64,000 nt of DNA, from contig OY740805.1 of NCBI GenBank assembly GCA_963514005.1, positions 20,646,001 through 20,710,000 of the forward strand, in the 5' to 3' direction. Origin of the DNA: Raja brachyura. Taxonomy: Eukaryota. Both the position numbers and the translations under genes were made by a program. The notes beneath the pieces are model-generated. The model ran no database searches, was not told the origin of the DNA, and worked only from the letters and a program-made list of their open reading frames with translations. Numbering within the stretch: position 1 is the first letter of the stretch; every line of letters starts with the position of its first letter. This document shows positions 1 to 11,389 of this stretch, one piece after another.

Positions 1-109
1 CCATTCTGCAACCAGCTGACATTGATGGCCGGTGGATAAAATCCAAACACAGTGCAGTACAGGACTGAATGATCATCAGGGCGGGCAGTGAGAGTGACTT
101 CAGGGGAAA
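1..109 (-). CDS. MHC class I alpha3 (IgC1) exon, 5' part, truncated by window edge
   Basis: Acceptor actgtcttgtag|TT TCC CCT. Translation (V)SPEVTLTARPDDHSVLYCTVFGFYPPAINVSWLQNG. Not in the ORF track. Confidence 0.92.
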
Positions 110-261
110 CTACAAGACAGTAAGTTGGTTATTTTCACCTTCAGTAAAACTTGCACAGTCACCCACCACAAAATATTCTTCAGTCTACTACAACAACCAA
201 GTTACTGTCCACATCTGCCCCATTTTACCTCTTTCGTCACCATCAACCAACCACGTGGTTT

Positions 262-748
262 AAAAGAGGTGTACAAGAATGAACCCAGGAATGAATGGGT
301 TAACATATGATGAGCATTTGATGGCAGAGAACCTGTACTCGCTGGAATTTAGAAGAATAAGGGGGGACCTCATTGAATCATATCAAACAGTGAAAGGGTT
401 GGATAGAGTGGATGTGGAGAGAATGTCTCCACTGGTGGGAGAGTCTACGACTAGAGGTCATTGTCTCAATATTAAAGGACATTCCTTTAGGAAAGAGATG
501 AGGTGGAATTTATTTTGTCAGAGGGTGGTGATTCTGTAGAATTATTTGCCACAGAAGGCTTTGGAATCCGTCAATGGATATTTTTTAAGGCATAGATGGA
601 TTCTTGATTATTATGCATGCTAGGGGTTATGGGGAGAAGGCAGGAGAATGGGGTTAGGAGGGAGAGATAGATCAGCCATGATTGAATGGCGGAGTAGACT
701 TGATGGGCCGAATGTTCTAATGCTGCACCCATCACTTATGACCTTATG
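262..748 (+). mobile_element. CR1-clade LINE 3' fragment
   Basis: ORF2 C-terminus LYSLEFRRIRGDLIESYQ...TRGHCL, followed by the typical 3'UTR (gatcagccatgattgaatggcggag...gggccgaat) and short repeat tail. Confidence 0.85.
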
Positions 749-1062
749 CATCAGTTGGCTTCCTCCATGTGCTCCAGTTTTGTCCCATGTACCAAGGACG
801 TGCCGGTAAGTTAGTTGGACATTGCAAATTATCTGAAGTGGAGCTGAATGAATGGAGAATCCGAGGGAGCTGAGTGCAAGTTGTGAGAGAGAGCTGTTGA
901 GCAGTTAGTCGACATTGCATTGAAAACTAGCATAGACTAAATGGGCCGAATTACCTTTCCCTCTGTCATGATTGGGTCAGAGATAATATTACTCATTGCC
1001 TCAGAGTGAAATATTACTCATCGCCCACCATCAAAAAACAACATCCTTTGTTCTGAACTCAC

Positions 1063-1338
1063 CTTCCCTGGTCAGGTATGTCTTTCCAATTGCATAGTAT
1101 GTATGTCATCGTTCCACACAGTCATTTTCTAACAAGCTCTTGAAATAACGGTTCATTTTTACATTCTTGTCCCATTTCTCTTTGAAGGGCTCAGCTGCTG
1201 GATCATGCACTGTCCACTTTAGTGTGTTCTTATCAAAACTAAATGCATATCTTCCATCATAAGCCAACTTCAATATCCCTCCATTGGGACTGTGATCGTT
1301 CACCTCACAACCAAACTGTCCTTGAATATAGTGATAAT
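1063..1338 (-). CDS. MHC class I alpha2 domain exon (276 bp) with in-frame TGA at 1108-1106
   Basis: Acceptor tttgtctttctttcag|AT TAT CAC, donor GAA G|gtgagt. Translation (D)YHYIQGQFGCEVNDHSPNGGILKLAYDGRYAFSFDKNTLKWTVHDPAAEPFKEKWDKNVKMNRYFKSLLENDCVER*HTYYAIGKTYLTRE. Confidence 0.93.
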
Positions 1339-1474
1339 CTGAAAGAAAGACAAAATCATTATTTGATTAATTGTTATGACACCAGGGTCCAAGTCATTTA
1401 TAAATGTCACAAGTAGCAAGGGTCACAGCACAGACCCTTGCAGAACTCTACTTGTCACTGAACTACACCCTGAA

Positions 1475-1930
1475 TATTTGGCCTTCCGTGCAACTGTAGA
1501 GACCATACTATTGTACGGGTGTGAGGCATGGACTCTCACTCCAGCACTGTCCAAGTCTCTCGATGGTACCTACACCCGAATGCTCAGAATAGTTCAAAAC
1601 CACATCACCAATGCTCAGCTCCATGGGGAGACTCCACCTCTGGCCGAGAAGATCACGTTGAGAAGGATGAGGCTCGCAGGTCACTGCCACCGCCACCCAG
1701 AAATGCCAGCAAACAAAGTTGTGCTGTGGGAACCAACCCATGGAAGACTCGACCCGGGACGACCAATCAAGACGATGCTGAAGATGTTTATGGAAGACCC
1801 ATCTGCAGAGACAAAAGAGCAGCTTGCCAGCTGAATGGAGGACAGAGATGTGTGTTGTGTCTGTCATCGTGCCCGTCAGAAACCAGCATGGCACTAATGT
1901 TATCAACGATTAGTATTATTATTATTATCA
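1475..1930 (+). mobile_element. RTE/RTE-X-type LINE 3' fragment
   Basis: FRATVETILLYGCEAWTLT...YTRMLR...RRMRLAGHCHRH...LWEPTHG, ending in an (ATT)n tail at 1914-1930. Confidence 0.8.
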
Positions 1931-2051
1931 TCCACTACACCGCTCTATCCTGGGGATTTATCCACATTTCTCTTCAAGTGACCCAACATCTCCTTCTTAC
2001 TTAACTTCAAAGTGCCCCTGCATGTTAACATTCTCCACATTGATTCTCCAT

Positions 2052-2846
2052 GTGTAAGAAAGAACTGCAGATGTTAAAATCGAAGGTAGACACTAAATGC
2101 TGAAGTAACTCAGCAGGTCAGGCAGCTTCTCTGGAGAGAAGGAATGGGCGTTATTTTGGGTCGAGACCCTTCTTCAGACTGATGTCAGGGGAGGGACAAA
2201 GATAGAATGTAGGCGGTGACAGTAAGACTGGTGGGAGAATTGCAAAGGGGGAGGGGATGGAGAGATAAATGGAGGGCTATCGAAAGTTATAGAAGTCAAT
2301 GTTCATAACGCTGAAGTGCAGACTGCCCAAGCGAAATACGAGGTGCTGTTCCTCCAATTTGTGCTGGGCCTCACTCTGACAATCGAGGAGGCCCAGGACA
2401 GAAAGGTCAGATTGGGAATGGGAGGGGGAGTTGAAGTGCTGAGCCACTGGGAGATCAGGTAGGATAAGACGGACTGAGCGGAGGTGTTCAGCAAAACGTT
2501 CGCCGAGCCTGCGCTTGGTCTCGCTGATGTAGAGAAGTTGACAACTGAAACAGCAGATACAGTAGATGAGGTTGGGGGAGGAGCAAGTGAACCTCTGCCT
2601 CACCTGGAAAGACTTTGGGTTCATGGATGTAGTCGAGGGGGGAGGTAAAGGAACGGGTGTTGCATTTCCTGCGGATGCAGGAGAAAGTATCGGGGGAGTG
2701 GGTCGTTCGGGTGCGAAGGGACGAGTTGACCAGGGAGTTTCGGAGGGAACGATCTCTGCGGAAAGCAGAAAGTGGTGGAGATGGGAAGATGTGGCCAGTA
2801 GTCGGATCCTGTTGCAGGTGGTGAAAATGTTGGAGGATTACATGCT
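2052..2846 (-). mobile_element. Penelope-like element 3' fragment (GIY-YIG endonuclease plus terminal repeat)
   Basis: ORF 2277-2624 FQVRQRFTCSSPNLIYCICC...LYISETKRRLGERFAEH...VAQHFN; terminal repeat with degenerate hammerhead core at about 2140-2180. Confidence 0.85.
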
Positions 2847-3081
2847 GTACTTACTATTAAAAGTCCTTACTTTTCTCCATGTCTTTCTTGGTGAAACCAA
2901 ATGCAAAGTATTTGTTTCGTACCTCGCCTCCGTCCACAAACACCAAGCACATATTCGCTGCTACATCTTTAAGCAATCCCACCTTCTCCCTCGTGTTTTG
3001 GTGCAATGGCTGCCTCGCCAAAACTCTGCCTGTCCCTTCCTTCTTTGTGTCGGTTTTGTATGTATTGAATGTATGTTCTTC

Positions 3082-3404
3082 ATGGGCCTGTCCGACTGGT
3101 GATTTTTTAGGCAACTGCCGGCAACTGTCATAGTTGTAGCAGGTCAACGAAAAACCAGTAACAACCTACGTCATCCTGGCGACAACCTACGACAGCACCT
3201 ATGTCAGGAGAAGTTAAGCTCTGCTCAATGAAGTCAAACCCACTGTCACTGTAAAATTTTCAACGTTCAAAATTTAGTGGTGAGCAGAAAGACACTACAA
3301 CGTTTTCCGTGACTGAGACTACCCCCGACGACCACCGGCGAGCATGTGGAAATAAACTAGTCACCTGCAGTTGCCTGAAAAATCGCCTAAGTGGGACAGG
3401 CCCA
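3082..3404. mobile_element. PIF/Harbinger-type MITE
   Basis: Terminal inverted repeats tgggcctgtcc(g)act ... agtgggacaggccca, shared with several other copies in the window. Confidence 0.65.
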
Positions 3405-3689
3405 TTAGTGTGGGGGTTGGGAGATGGAGGAAACTTTTTCTAATCTCTTACCTCGATGTAGAAGCGATTTTTTTTTGGTATCGTATCTCCGGCCACACTG
3501 GGGCCTAACATCGAGGTGTTGGCGGCCTTTGCTTTTTTTTTAAGTGTGACTATATCGTAATCTGAATTTCATTGAACCTTAATTGGTACATGTGACAATA
3601 AACTGACCTTGAAACCTTGAAAAAGATGTGGGATTTTCTGTAATCCGACTCACCAAAGCCACTTTGTGGCCTCTATGGGCCCCTTTAGT

Positions 3690-3952
3690 TTTAAGCTTTA
3701 GAGATACAGCGCAGAAACAGGCCCTTCAGCCCACACTAGGGACAATTTACATTTATTCTAAGCCGATTTACCTACATACCTGTACGTCTTTAGAGTGTGG
3801 GAGGAAACCGAAGATCTCGGAGAAAACCCACGTAGTCATGGGGAGAGCGTACAAGCTCCTTACAGGCAGCGCCCGTAGTCAGGATCAAAGGCGGGTCTCC
3901 AACGCTGCAGGTGCTGCAAGGCAGCAACTCTCCAGCTGTGCCACTGTGCCAC
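3690..3952 (-). mobile_element. tRNA-derived V-SINE (HE1-like)
   Basis: tRNA-like head (ggcacagtggcacagc...), V-domain (gtgggttttctccgagatcttcggtttcctcccaca) and ctctaaa(ct) tail. Further copies at about 5530-5780, 5972-6270, 13205-13495, 13965-14240, 20767-21067, 22900-23420, 24225-24445, 32930-33205, 34090-34605, 38955-39240. Confidence 0.8.
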
Positions 3953-4622
3953 CCTCTACTCACCCACTCGAGTTATTCCCTCCTTTCTTTACATTCCTCA
4001 TAGCTCCTGCCTGATTCCATCCTCCTGATCCTTACATGCACTTTCTTTTTCTTTCTTTCTAGTTAAGTTTATCACCTTTTTGGTTATGCAAGCTTCCATT
4101 CCTTTGCCATTCTCATCCTTCCTCACACTGGAACTGGTGATTAAATAACTCATACATAAGTCATGGGAGTCACGGTAACAGGACAATGTACCAGGACATT
4201 GTAACATGTGCATATCCATTCCACCTGTGCTTATAATGCAGAATACTTCCTACTTTCAATGGGATTTTCCGCCAATAATATAAACCACCTGATTGCCACA
4301 TGCATGAAGTCAACACAATTTAAGAAGGACACAAGATAGACACCAGAAGCTGGAGTCACTCAGCATCTCAGGTGAAAAGGAATGTGACATTTTGGTGGCA
4401 GGTGTGAAGGAGGTCTCAACCAGAAACATCATCTATTCCCTTTCTCCAGACTTGCTGCCTGACCCACTGAGTGACTCCAGCTTTTTGTGTTAATCTTCGG
4501 TTTCAATCAGCATCCGCAGTTCCTTCCTAAAATTAAGAAAGACACAAAGTGTTGGGGTAACTCAGCAGGTCAGGCATCATCTCTGGATAATACACAGGCT
4601 ACGATCTTTAGGTCCATCTGCT

Positions 4623-5460
4623 TGCCGTTTCCTAGGAAACTGTTCCTGATTAATCTGTTCAGTGCCACCCCCGGGTATACTCGGGTCATGGCCAATAGTG
4701 AAATAAAAACGTGGCAGCAACAGATTAACAAGGTGTGGACAGAATGTGGGGACTTCAGTACAAGTTTTTGATCCAAGACCAGGTGAGAGAGAGGGGGAAG
4801 ACAGAGGGGGGAGAGAGAAGGGGGAGAGAGAGAAGAGGGGAGACGGGAGCGTGGGGTTCATTTTCCCCACACAAGCCATAGGTGACTGGGTAATCCGAAC
4901 CCAAGCACCAAGTTGAAAGCGGCCGAAGGTGCGCACCCCTCGGTTCAGCCCCCACTCTCCCACGACCACCCTCTGCGGGCTGCGGGTCGGATGGAGCCGA
5001 GATGTGGGACAATGTTCATCCGTTCACAGTGATGTGATGGACGCGGGGGTCTGGACCAATCGCTGACAAGTCCCGCCCCGGGCAACGTCAAGACCGTTAT
5101 TGGACTGATCTGTTGAGCGGTAGTCGGTCCTTTAGCTTGGAGGTGATGCCGACTTTCGGATAGGTGGTGTTTCGACAGAGCAGCCATTCGGTAAGTTTGC
5201 TTTTGGCGATGCAGCTTTTCGGCTCGTTGGCTTTTAGGCGTCCCACCCTTTTGGTTACTTTGTGTTTAGGCGTCCCATCCTTTCGGTTAGTAGGGGTTTC
5301 GTCTTCGTCTTCATTCGGTTTATTGGCGTTTCGGCCTCATTTCTATTTGGTTCTTTGGCTTCGACGTCTTTGCTTCAGCTTCTCGTCCGTCAGTGCCACG
5401 TCCGGGTACCGGACCAAGGGTCTGGTAGCATCTCCACATAGTGAGAGGGAGCTGTGTTAC
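4623..5460 (-). repeat. Unclassified CpG-rich, LTR-like insertion
   Basis: Abruptly CpG-rich; minus strand runs gtaacacag...ggaaacggCA with internal short repeats, CCAAT boxes, a GC box (ggggcggg) and a pyrimidine tract. No clear TSD found. Confidence 0.35.
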
Positions 5461-6756
5461 CCCTTCTACTTTGCTCCCGCTTCCCAAAGAGGAAAATGGA
5501 AGGACGAGGAGCATGACATGGACAATGGAAGCATGGAAACAGGCACTTCGGCCCAGCCAGTCCGCACTGACCAGTGATACCCGCACATTAACATTATCCC
5601 ACACACACTAGGGACAATTTATATTTATATAAAGCCAATTAGCCTGCAAACCTGTATGTCTTTCAAGTGTGGGAGGAAACCAAGATCTCTGAGAAACCTC
5701 ATGCGGTCACGGGGAAAAAGTACAAACTCCATACAGACAGCAGGCTTGTACCTTGGTCTATGGCACTTTGAGGCAGCAATATGTTTACAAAAGTTGGAAG
5801 AATTATGCCTGTGGCAGAAACACCACTGCAGAATCCCAACCTGATCCTATCTTATGGATGGCTCTTCCTATCAGAGAACCTGGAATTAAGATGAAAGGAA
5901 AGAAACCCTGGATCTATGCCCCAGGTGTGAAATAAGCTCATATTTGTTACAAGGACAATTATTTCGTATAGGTTAGAGATAAAGCATGAAAACAGTCCCT
6001 TCAGCCCACTGTACCCACATTGACCAGCAATCTCTGTACATCAGCACAATCCTACATACGAGGTACAATCTACATTTTTTACCGAAGCCAATTAACCTAC
6101 AAACATGTGTGTCTTTGGAGTGTTGGAGGAAACTGGAGCACCCAGAGAAAACCCTCACATTCACAGGGAAAATGTACAAGCTCCGTACTGACAGCACCCG
6201 GAGTCAGGATCGAACCCAGGTCTCTGGAGCTGTGAAGCAGCAGCTCCACCGCTGTGCCACCACGCTACCCTGTTGTCATTAGTATTGTGCGCTGAAATGT
6301 TTCTATCAGTGATTATGGCAACTCTCTCCAAACCTCTATACATTTTCAGTAGACCAAACAGTTCCTCCTTCCACCTTATTAGGCTGAGTTATTGGATGGC
6401 TGAACTCTTTGGGAACCTCCTTAGTGCAAGTTTGATTTAGTTTAGTTTAGAGATACAGTGCAGAAACAGGCCCTTCAGCCCACGGAGTCCGCACCAACCA
6501 GTGATCCCAACACATTAACAATATCCTACACGCACTGGGGACTATTTACATTTATACCGAGCCAATTAACCTACAAACCTGTACGCCTTTGGAGCGTGTG
6601 TGGAAACTGAAGATAGCGGGGAAAGCCCACACAGATCACGGTGAGAATGTGAATGTAAATCTTGAATCAACACTGTAAAATGGTTCTGTGAAGGGAAAAT
6701 GGAGGTCAGGCGAACTGGGTTGAAACTTAAAATGTCTGCTGACCAAAGTTGCTGAC

Positions 6757-6947
6757 TACACAAAAAGCTGGAGAAACTCAGCGGGTGCAGCAGCATCTAA
6801 GGAGCGAAGGAGATAGGCGACGTTTCGGGTTTTCGACCCGAAACGTCGCCTATCTCCTTCGCTACTTAGATGCTGCTGCACCCGCTGAGTTTCTCCAGCT
6901 TTTTGTGTAACCCTCGATTCTCCAGCATCTGCAGTTCCTTCTTTAAC
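6757..6947. repeat. Inverted pair of Penelope terminal repeats (long hairpin)
   Basis: Arms 6757-6830 and 6836-6909 are reverse complements with about 1 mismatch; flanked by direct repeat aaagttgctgacta (6745-6758, 6950-6963). Confidence 0.85.
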
Positions 6948-7298
6948 AGAAAGTTGCTGACTATGTGGCTGCAGGTTTCAGAAAGTTGTGATCCTGAGAA
7001 ATACACATTATCCTGCTGATGCTGATCTGCTGATCGCTACTTTGATATTCCTCGCACCCGTCTGATTGAGGTGGCTGATTTTCAGAAGGCTGAAGAATAT
7101 GCAAACCACTGGCTCCCGAAAGTCTGAGAAATGTCCCTGTCTTAGCGCTAGTGTTGTTCCACTAATTAACATCTCCCACTGTGTACGTGCCTGTTATCAT
7201 GACCATTGTGTACAGGTCTGTTGGTTAATTGGGTAATGTGGGAGGGGCTAAACGGTGGCATTAACATATATAAAGCATTGGGGTTGGACAAGCCCAAG

Positions 7299-7990
7299 TC
7301 TTAAGGGGTTGGACAAGCTAGATGCTGGAAGATTGTTCCCGATGTTGGGGGAGTCCAGAACAAGGGGTCACAGTCTAAGGATAAGGGGGAATTCCTTTAG
7401 GACCGAAATGAGGAAAACATTCTTTACACAGAGAGTGGTGAGTCTCTGGAATTCTCTGCCACAGAAGGTAGTTGAGGCCAGTTCATTGGCTATATTTAAG
7501 AGGGCGTTAGATGTGGCACGTGTGGCTAAAGGGATCATAGAAACATAGAAACATAGAAAATAGGTGCAGGAGTAGGCCATTCGGCCCTTCGAGCCTGCAC
7601 CGCCATTCAATGTGATCATGGCTGATCATCCAACTCAGTATCCCGTACCTGCCTTCTCTCCATACCCCCTGATCCCTTTAGCCACAAGTGCCACATCTAA
7701 TGCCCTCTTAAATATAGCCAATGAACTGGCCTCAACTACCTTCTGTGGCAGAGAATTCCAGAGACTCACCACTCTCTGTGTAAAGAATGTTATCCTCATT
7801 TCGGTCCTAAAGGAATTCCCCCTTATCCTTAGACTGTGACCCCTTGTTCTGGAATCAGGGTGTATGGAGAGAAGGCAGGTACGGGATACTGAGTTGGATG
7901 ATCAGCCATGATCACATTGAATGGCGGTGCAGGCTTGAAGGGCCGAATGGCCTACTCCTGCACCTATTTTCTATGTTTCTATGTTTCTAT
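7299..7990. mobile_element. CR1 LINE 3' end containing an internal inverted copy of itself
   Basis: Forward 7299-7537, reverse 7538-7852, forward 7853-7990 with (ctatgttt)n tail. Confidence 0.85.
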
Positions 7991-8599
7991 TGCAATTAAG
8001 GGCAGAGAGCTTGGCTCTTTGCTAGGTTGTTAACCTGTGTGGAGACTCCTGCTCAATAAACGTACGTTTAAAGTGACCCCGGTGCCTGGTCGATTATTGT
8101 CGAAACGACCGATGTGAGAGAAAAACGTGAATCAACAAGAACGTACAAACTCCGTACAGAGACCACTCATAGCCAGAATCAAACCCACGTCTGTGGCGTT
8201 GCAAGTGCTGTAAGGCAGCAACTCTACCACTGTGCCACCGTGCAGCACAATCTCTTGGCTTTGTTTATAATTATGATCATGTATTAATCTTATATTGTGG
8301 TTTTTGTTTTGCTTTTTGCCTATAAACAAATGTAAAGCTGCACATAAGGTTAGATCCTTTCAAGCTCCGAGCTGCCCCTTTCACCGCAAAATTGCTTCCT
8401 ATTTTTAGAGAAACATGGATATAATAAGGCTCACCCCTCATGGGCATTGAAGGCTTTCTCCAATATATGCAGACCATTAAGCTGTTCATTGCCAAGTTTA
8501 TTTGTACTATTGGCCATGAGCCGAGTACACTCGGGCTTGCATTGCATAAAGATATCCAGTGCTGTGTAACTGCACTACCTTTCCTTCGTATTCTTACTC

Positions 8600-10266
8600 G
8601 AGGATGGTCGCTGGCAAATTGGTCCGTGAATGAGCACGACCCCCTTCCACCTCAGAGAACCACACCGAAAACCAACAACGACCAGTGACGAGTGTCTACA
8701 GCTCAAATGATCACCTGATAAAATGACGTCACGTCTGCATATTTTTCCTCACTAAAAAATGCCTTCCAGGTTGTTTTTTTTTTAAATCATTCTGAACCAT
8801 GCAAGCAAGGAAGGAACTAGTTTGGATGATGTTACTAAAAATACAACTGCTGTTGTTTGCAGTAGCCCTTTTGCTTCAGCAGCCTTTTAAGAAAGGCAGA
8901 AGGGGAAGAGCAATAGTGAAGAGGAAGCACAAGAAGTGGTCTCAATGGGTGAATGGAGATGGTGTGATGGACTGTCCCAGTACACCAGATGACTGGAAGA
9001 GAGTGGCGCTGGGCTTTGACAAAATATGGAACTTTAAGTACACATCAGGGGCAGTGGATGGCAAGCATGCCATTCTTGTCCCTGTCCCTGTACCCCTCAT
9101 TTTCCTTTTCGTACAGGATGGCATTCTGCTGGAACCATTCCTCAAGGTTCCCCTCCTGCTGCCTGGTGAAGGTGTAGGGCATAACCTTCCTCCAGCCCTC
9201 CCTCACCACCAATGGGGCATCTGCAACTGATGCTGTGTCAGACACAGGAGAAAGGGCTGCTTTGCTGCATTCAAATGAGGCAGTGAAGGATGGGGTGATG
9301 GTGGGGACATATATTACCACCCTGGCCTTCCCCCGCAGGGGTCTCTCATGCAGGGCTACCTCCTCCTGCACTATCTCCTCCTGTGGCAGCACCTCCTGCC
9401 ACTCCTCCTCCTGGGTGGGCAACACCTGTATGGCAGGATTTTTTGAGGGTTGTGCCCTCCTCCTGCGATGCTGTCATTTTGGTGCCATCTCTAAAACACA
9501 AGTCTCCTCTGCAAAAAACTCTCCAGCTATGAATGAACATGCCTTGGTGTGAAAGAGGTGACGTTCTGCTGTTTAAATTACCGTTTTTTTCCACTGAACT
9601 TTCTTTCACCCCGGAGCTATTACAAAATTCTAAAAGGACTGGACAAGCTAGATGCAGGAAAAATGTTCCCAATGTTGGGCGAGTCCAGAACCTGGGGCCA
9701 CACTCTTAGAATGCAGGGGAGGTAATTTAAGACTGTGGTGAGAAAAAAACTTTTTCACCTAGAGTGTTGTGAATTTATGGAATTCCCTGCCACAGAGGGC
9801 AGTGGAGGCCAAGTCACTGGATGGATTTAAGAGAGAGTTAGATAGAGCTCTAGCGGCGAGTGGAGTCAAGGGATATGGGGAGAAGGCAGGCACGGGTTAT
9901 TGATCAGCCATGATCACAATGAATGGCGGTGCTGCCTCAAAGGGCCGAATGGCCACCTCCTGCACCTATTTTCTATGTTTCTTTGTTTCTATTATCTTCG
10001 ACTACCTACGACTAGCATCATGGCCAACTACGACCGGCTTCAACTAGACCAACAACTAAAAAAATATAGATTTTTCCCACGGCGACCTATTTTTAGTCGC
10101 GGTCAACTTTTAACATTTTGAAAAATACGCCACGGCCTAGCTGAACCCTGGACTACGCGGAGACCACTCTCGACCATGAAGGAGAGTGACGAAGACCTCC
10201 TACGACCTCGTGGCGACCTTGCCGCGACTATGGGTCGCGGTAGAGGTCACCCAAGTGGGACAGGAG
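8600..10266. mobile_element. Degenerate PIF/Harbinger transposon remnant, interrupted by a CR1 at about 9612-9990
   Basis: Transposase fragment CPSTPDDWKRVALGFDKIWNFKYTSGAVDGKHA (about 8970-9072) resembles the Harbinger/HARBI1 WNFP..IGAIDGKH motif. Right TIR aagtgggacagg at about 10253-10264. Left boundary uncertain. Confidence 0.6.
9612..9990 (+). mobile_element. CR1 LINE 3' fragment
   Basis: ggactggacaagctagatgcagg...gatcagccatgatcacaatgaatggcgg...ctatgtttct tail. Confidence 0.85.
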
Positions 10267-10600
10267 CTTTAGTTGAATCATTCCCTCTGGCATTGATTGA
10301 TGAATCAAAGGAGGTTGGAGGAGGGGGTGTAGAAATTTGTAAGGATTTGCTGGTGAGTTTTCTTAAAAACTGCTCAATCCTTGAAAAGAAGAGTCTGTGA
10401 ACTTTAGCCCAGAGATAAAGAACAGCCTCCTGAGCCCACTTTATCCCTGAGAACAACACGGATCTTCCTCACTTCTATCAATGCCACAAATGCACCTTTA
10501 CGAAGAGAAATTTGCACGGGTGGATTAATCTACTAAATCAGCACATTTTTGGTATGTGGGAGGAAACTGGAGAACAAACATTGTCACAGGGAGAATGCTT

Positions 10601-11295
10601 AAACCCCTGTCCCACTTACTTGTCCTTGACACGCTAATTAAGCGACCTCGTGGTCGCGTTGAAGCGCGACGGTCCAGTCAAGGTCGCGTGCGACTTCATA
10701 CGCCTGCACAGCCGTCTGGAGCGCGTGACGTCATTTGAAGATGGACACCAAATGCTGGAGTAACTCAGCGGGACCGGCAGAATCTCTGGAGAGAAGCAAT
10801 GGGTGATGTTTCAAGTCGAGACTCTTCTTCAGTCTGAAAGAAGGGTCTTGACCCGAAACGTCACCCATTCCTTCTCTCCAGAGATGCTGCCCGTCCCGCC
10901 GAGTTACTCCAGCATTTTGTGTCTATCTTCAATTTTCTTGGCCCCGCTCTGGGAGTAGAAGTGGGGGCGGATCCGGACCGCAACGGCCGTGATCCCCAGG
11001 CCGAGCTCGGCGATCGTTTGCCTGCTTCTGCTGCTGGAGGTGAGACGTTGCATCGCGCCAGAGTCTTGGGCCTGTCCCACTTTGGCCGTCAGTTACGCAA
11101 CAGGCCGGTGGCGCGCGAAGATTTAGTTCGCTACAAAGTTTCGGAGCGCCGCACGATGCCGCGCACAACTACATACCCCTCCGCGCCTCTCAGTGGGACC
11201 GGCCCCGCGCGGCCACTGGATGCCCGTGCGCCTCAACGCAACGACGAGGTCGATTCATTTGCTTGCCAAGGACACGCAAGTGGGACAGGCCCTTT
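10601..11295. mobile_element. Harbinger-type MITE composite containing an inverted Penelope-repeat pair (10742-10930)
   Basis: TIR cccctgtcccactt (about 10604) and aagtgggacaggccc (about 11278-11293), plus an internal second TIR pair near 11068 and 11192; CpG-rich. Confidence 0.6.
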
Positions 11296-11389
11296 ATACT
11301 CCACACAGGCTGCACTGGAGATGATTGAACCCGGATCACTGGAGCTGTGAGGCAGCAGGGCTCTTTGCTACAAAAGCAGTCATAGAGAG

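Larger units (their letters stand above)
6648..8137 (+). mobile_element. Solo retroviral LTR (4-bp TSD, ERV1-like) inserted in a V-SINE, carrying nested insertions
   Basis: TG...CA termini, TSD AGAA (6644-6647 and 8138-8141), TATATAAA near 7268, AATAAA near 8055. SINE halves at 6438-6647 and 8138-8245 rejoin cleanly. Confidence 0.8.

Noticed and set aside
1106-1108. TGA as selenocysteine or programmed readthrough
   Set aside because: The aligned position is a conserved Leu, not Cys, and no SECIS can be evaluated; a nonsense mutation is simpler.
8799-9230. Host HARBI1-like gene
   Set aside because: Only a short transposase motif inside a deleted element; the rest of the ORF is unrelated sequence.
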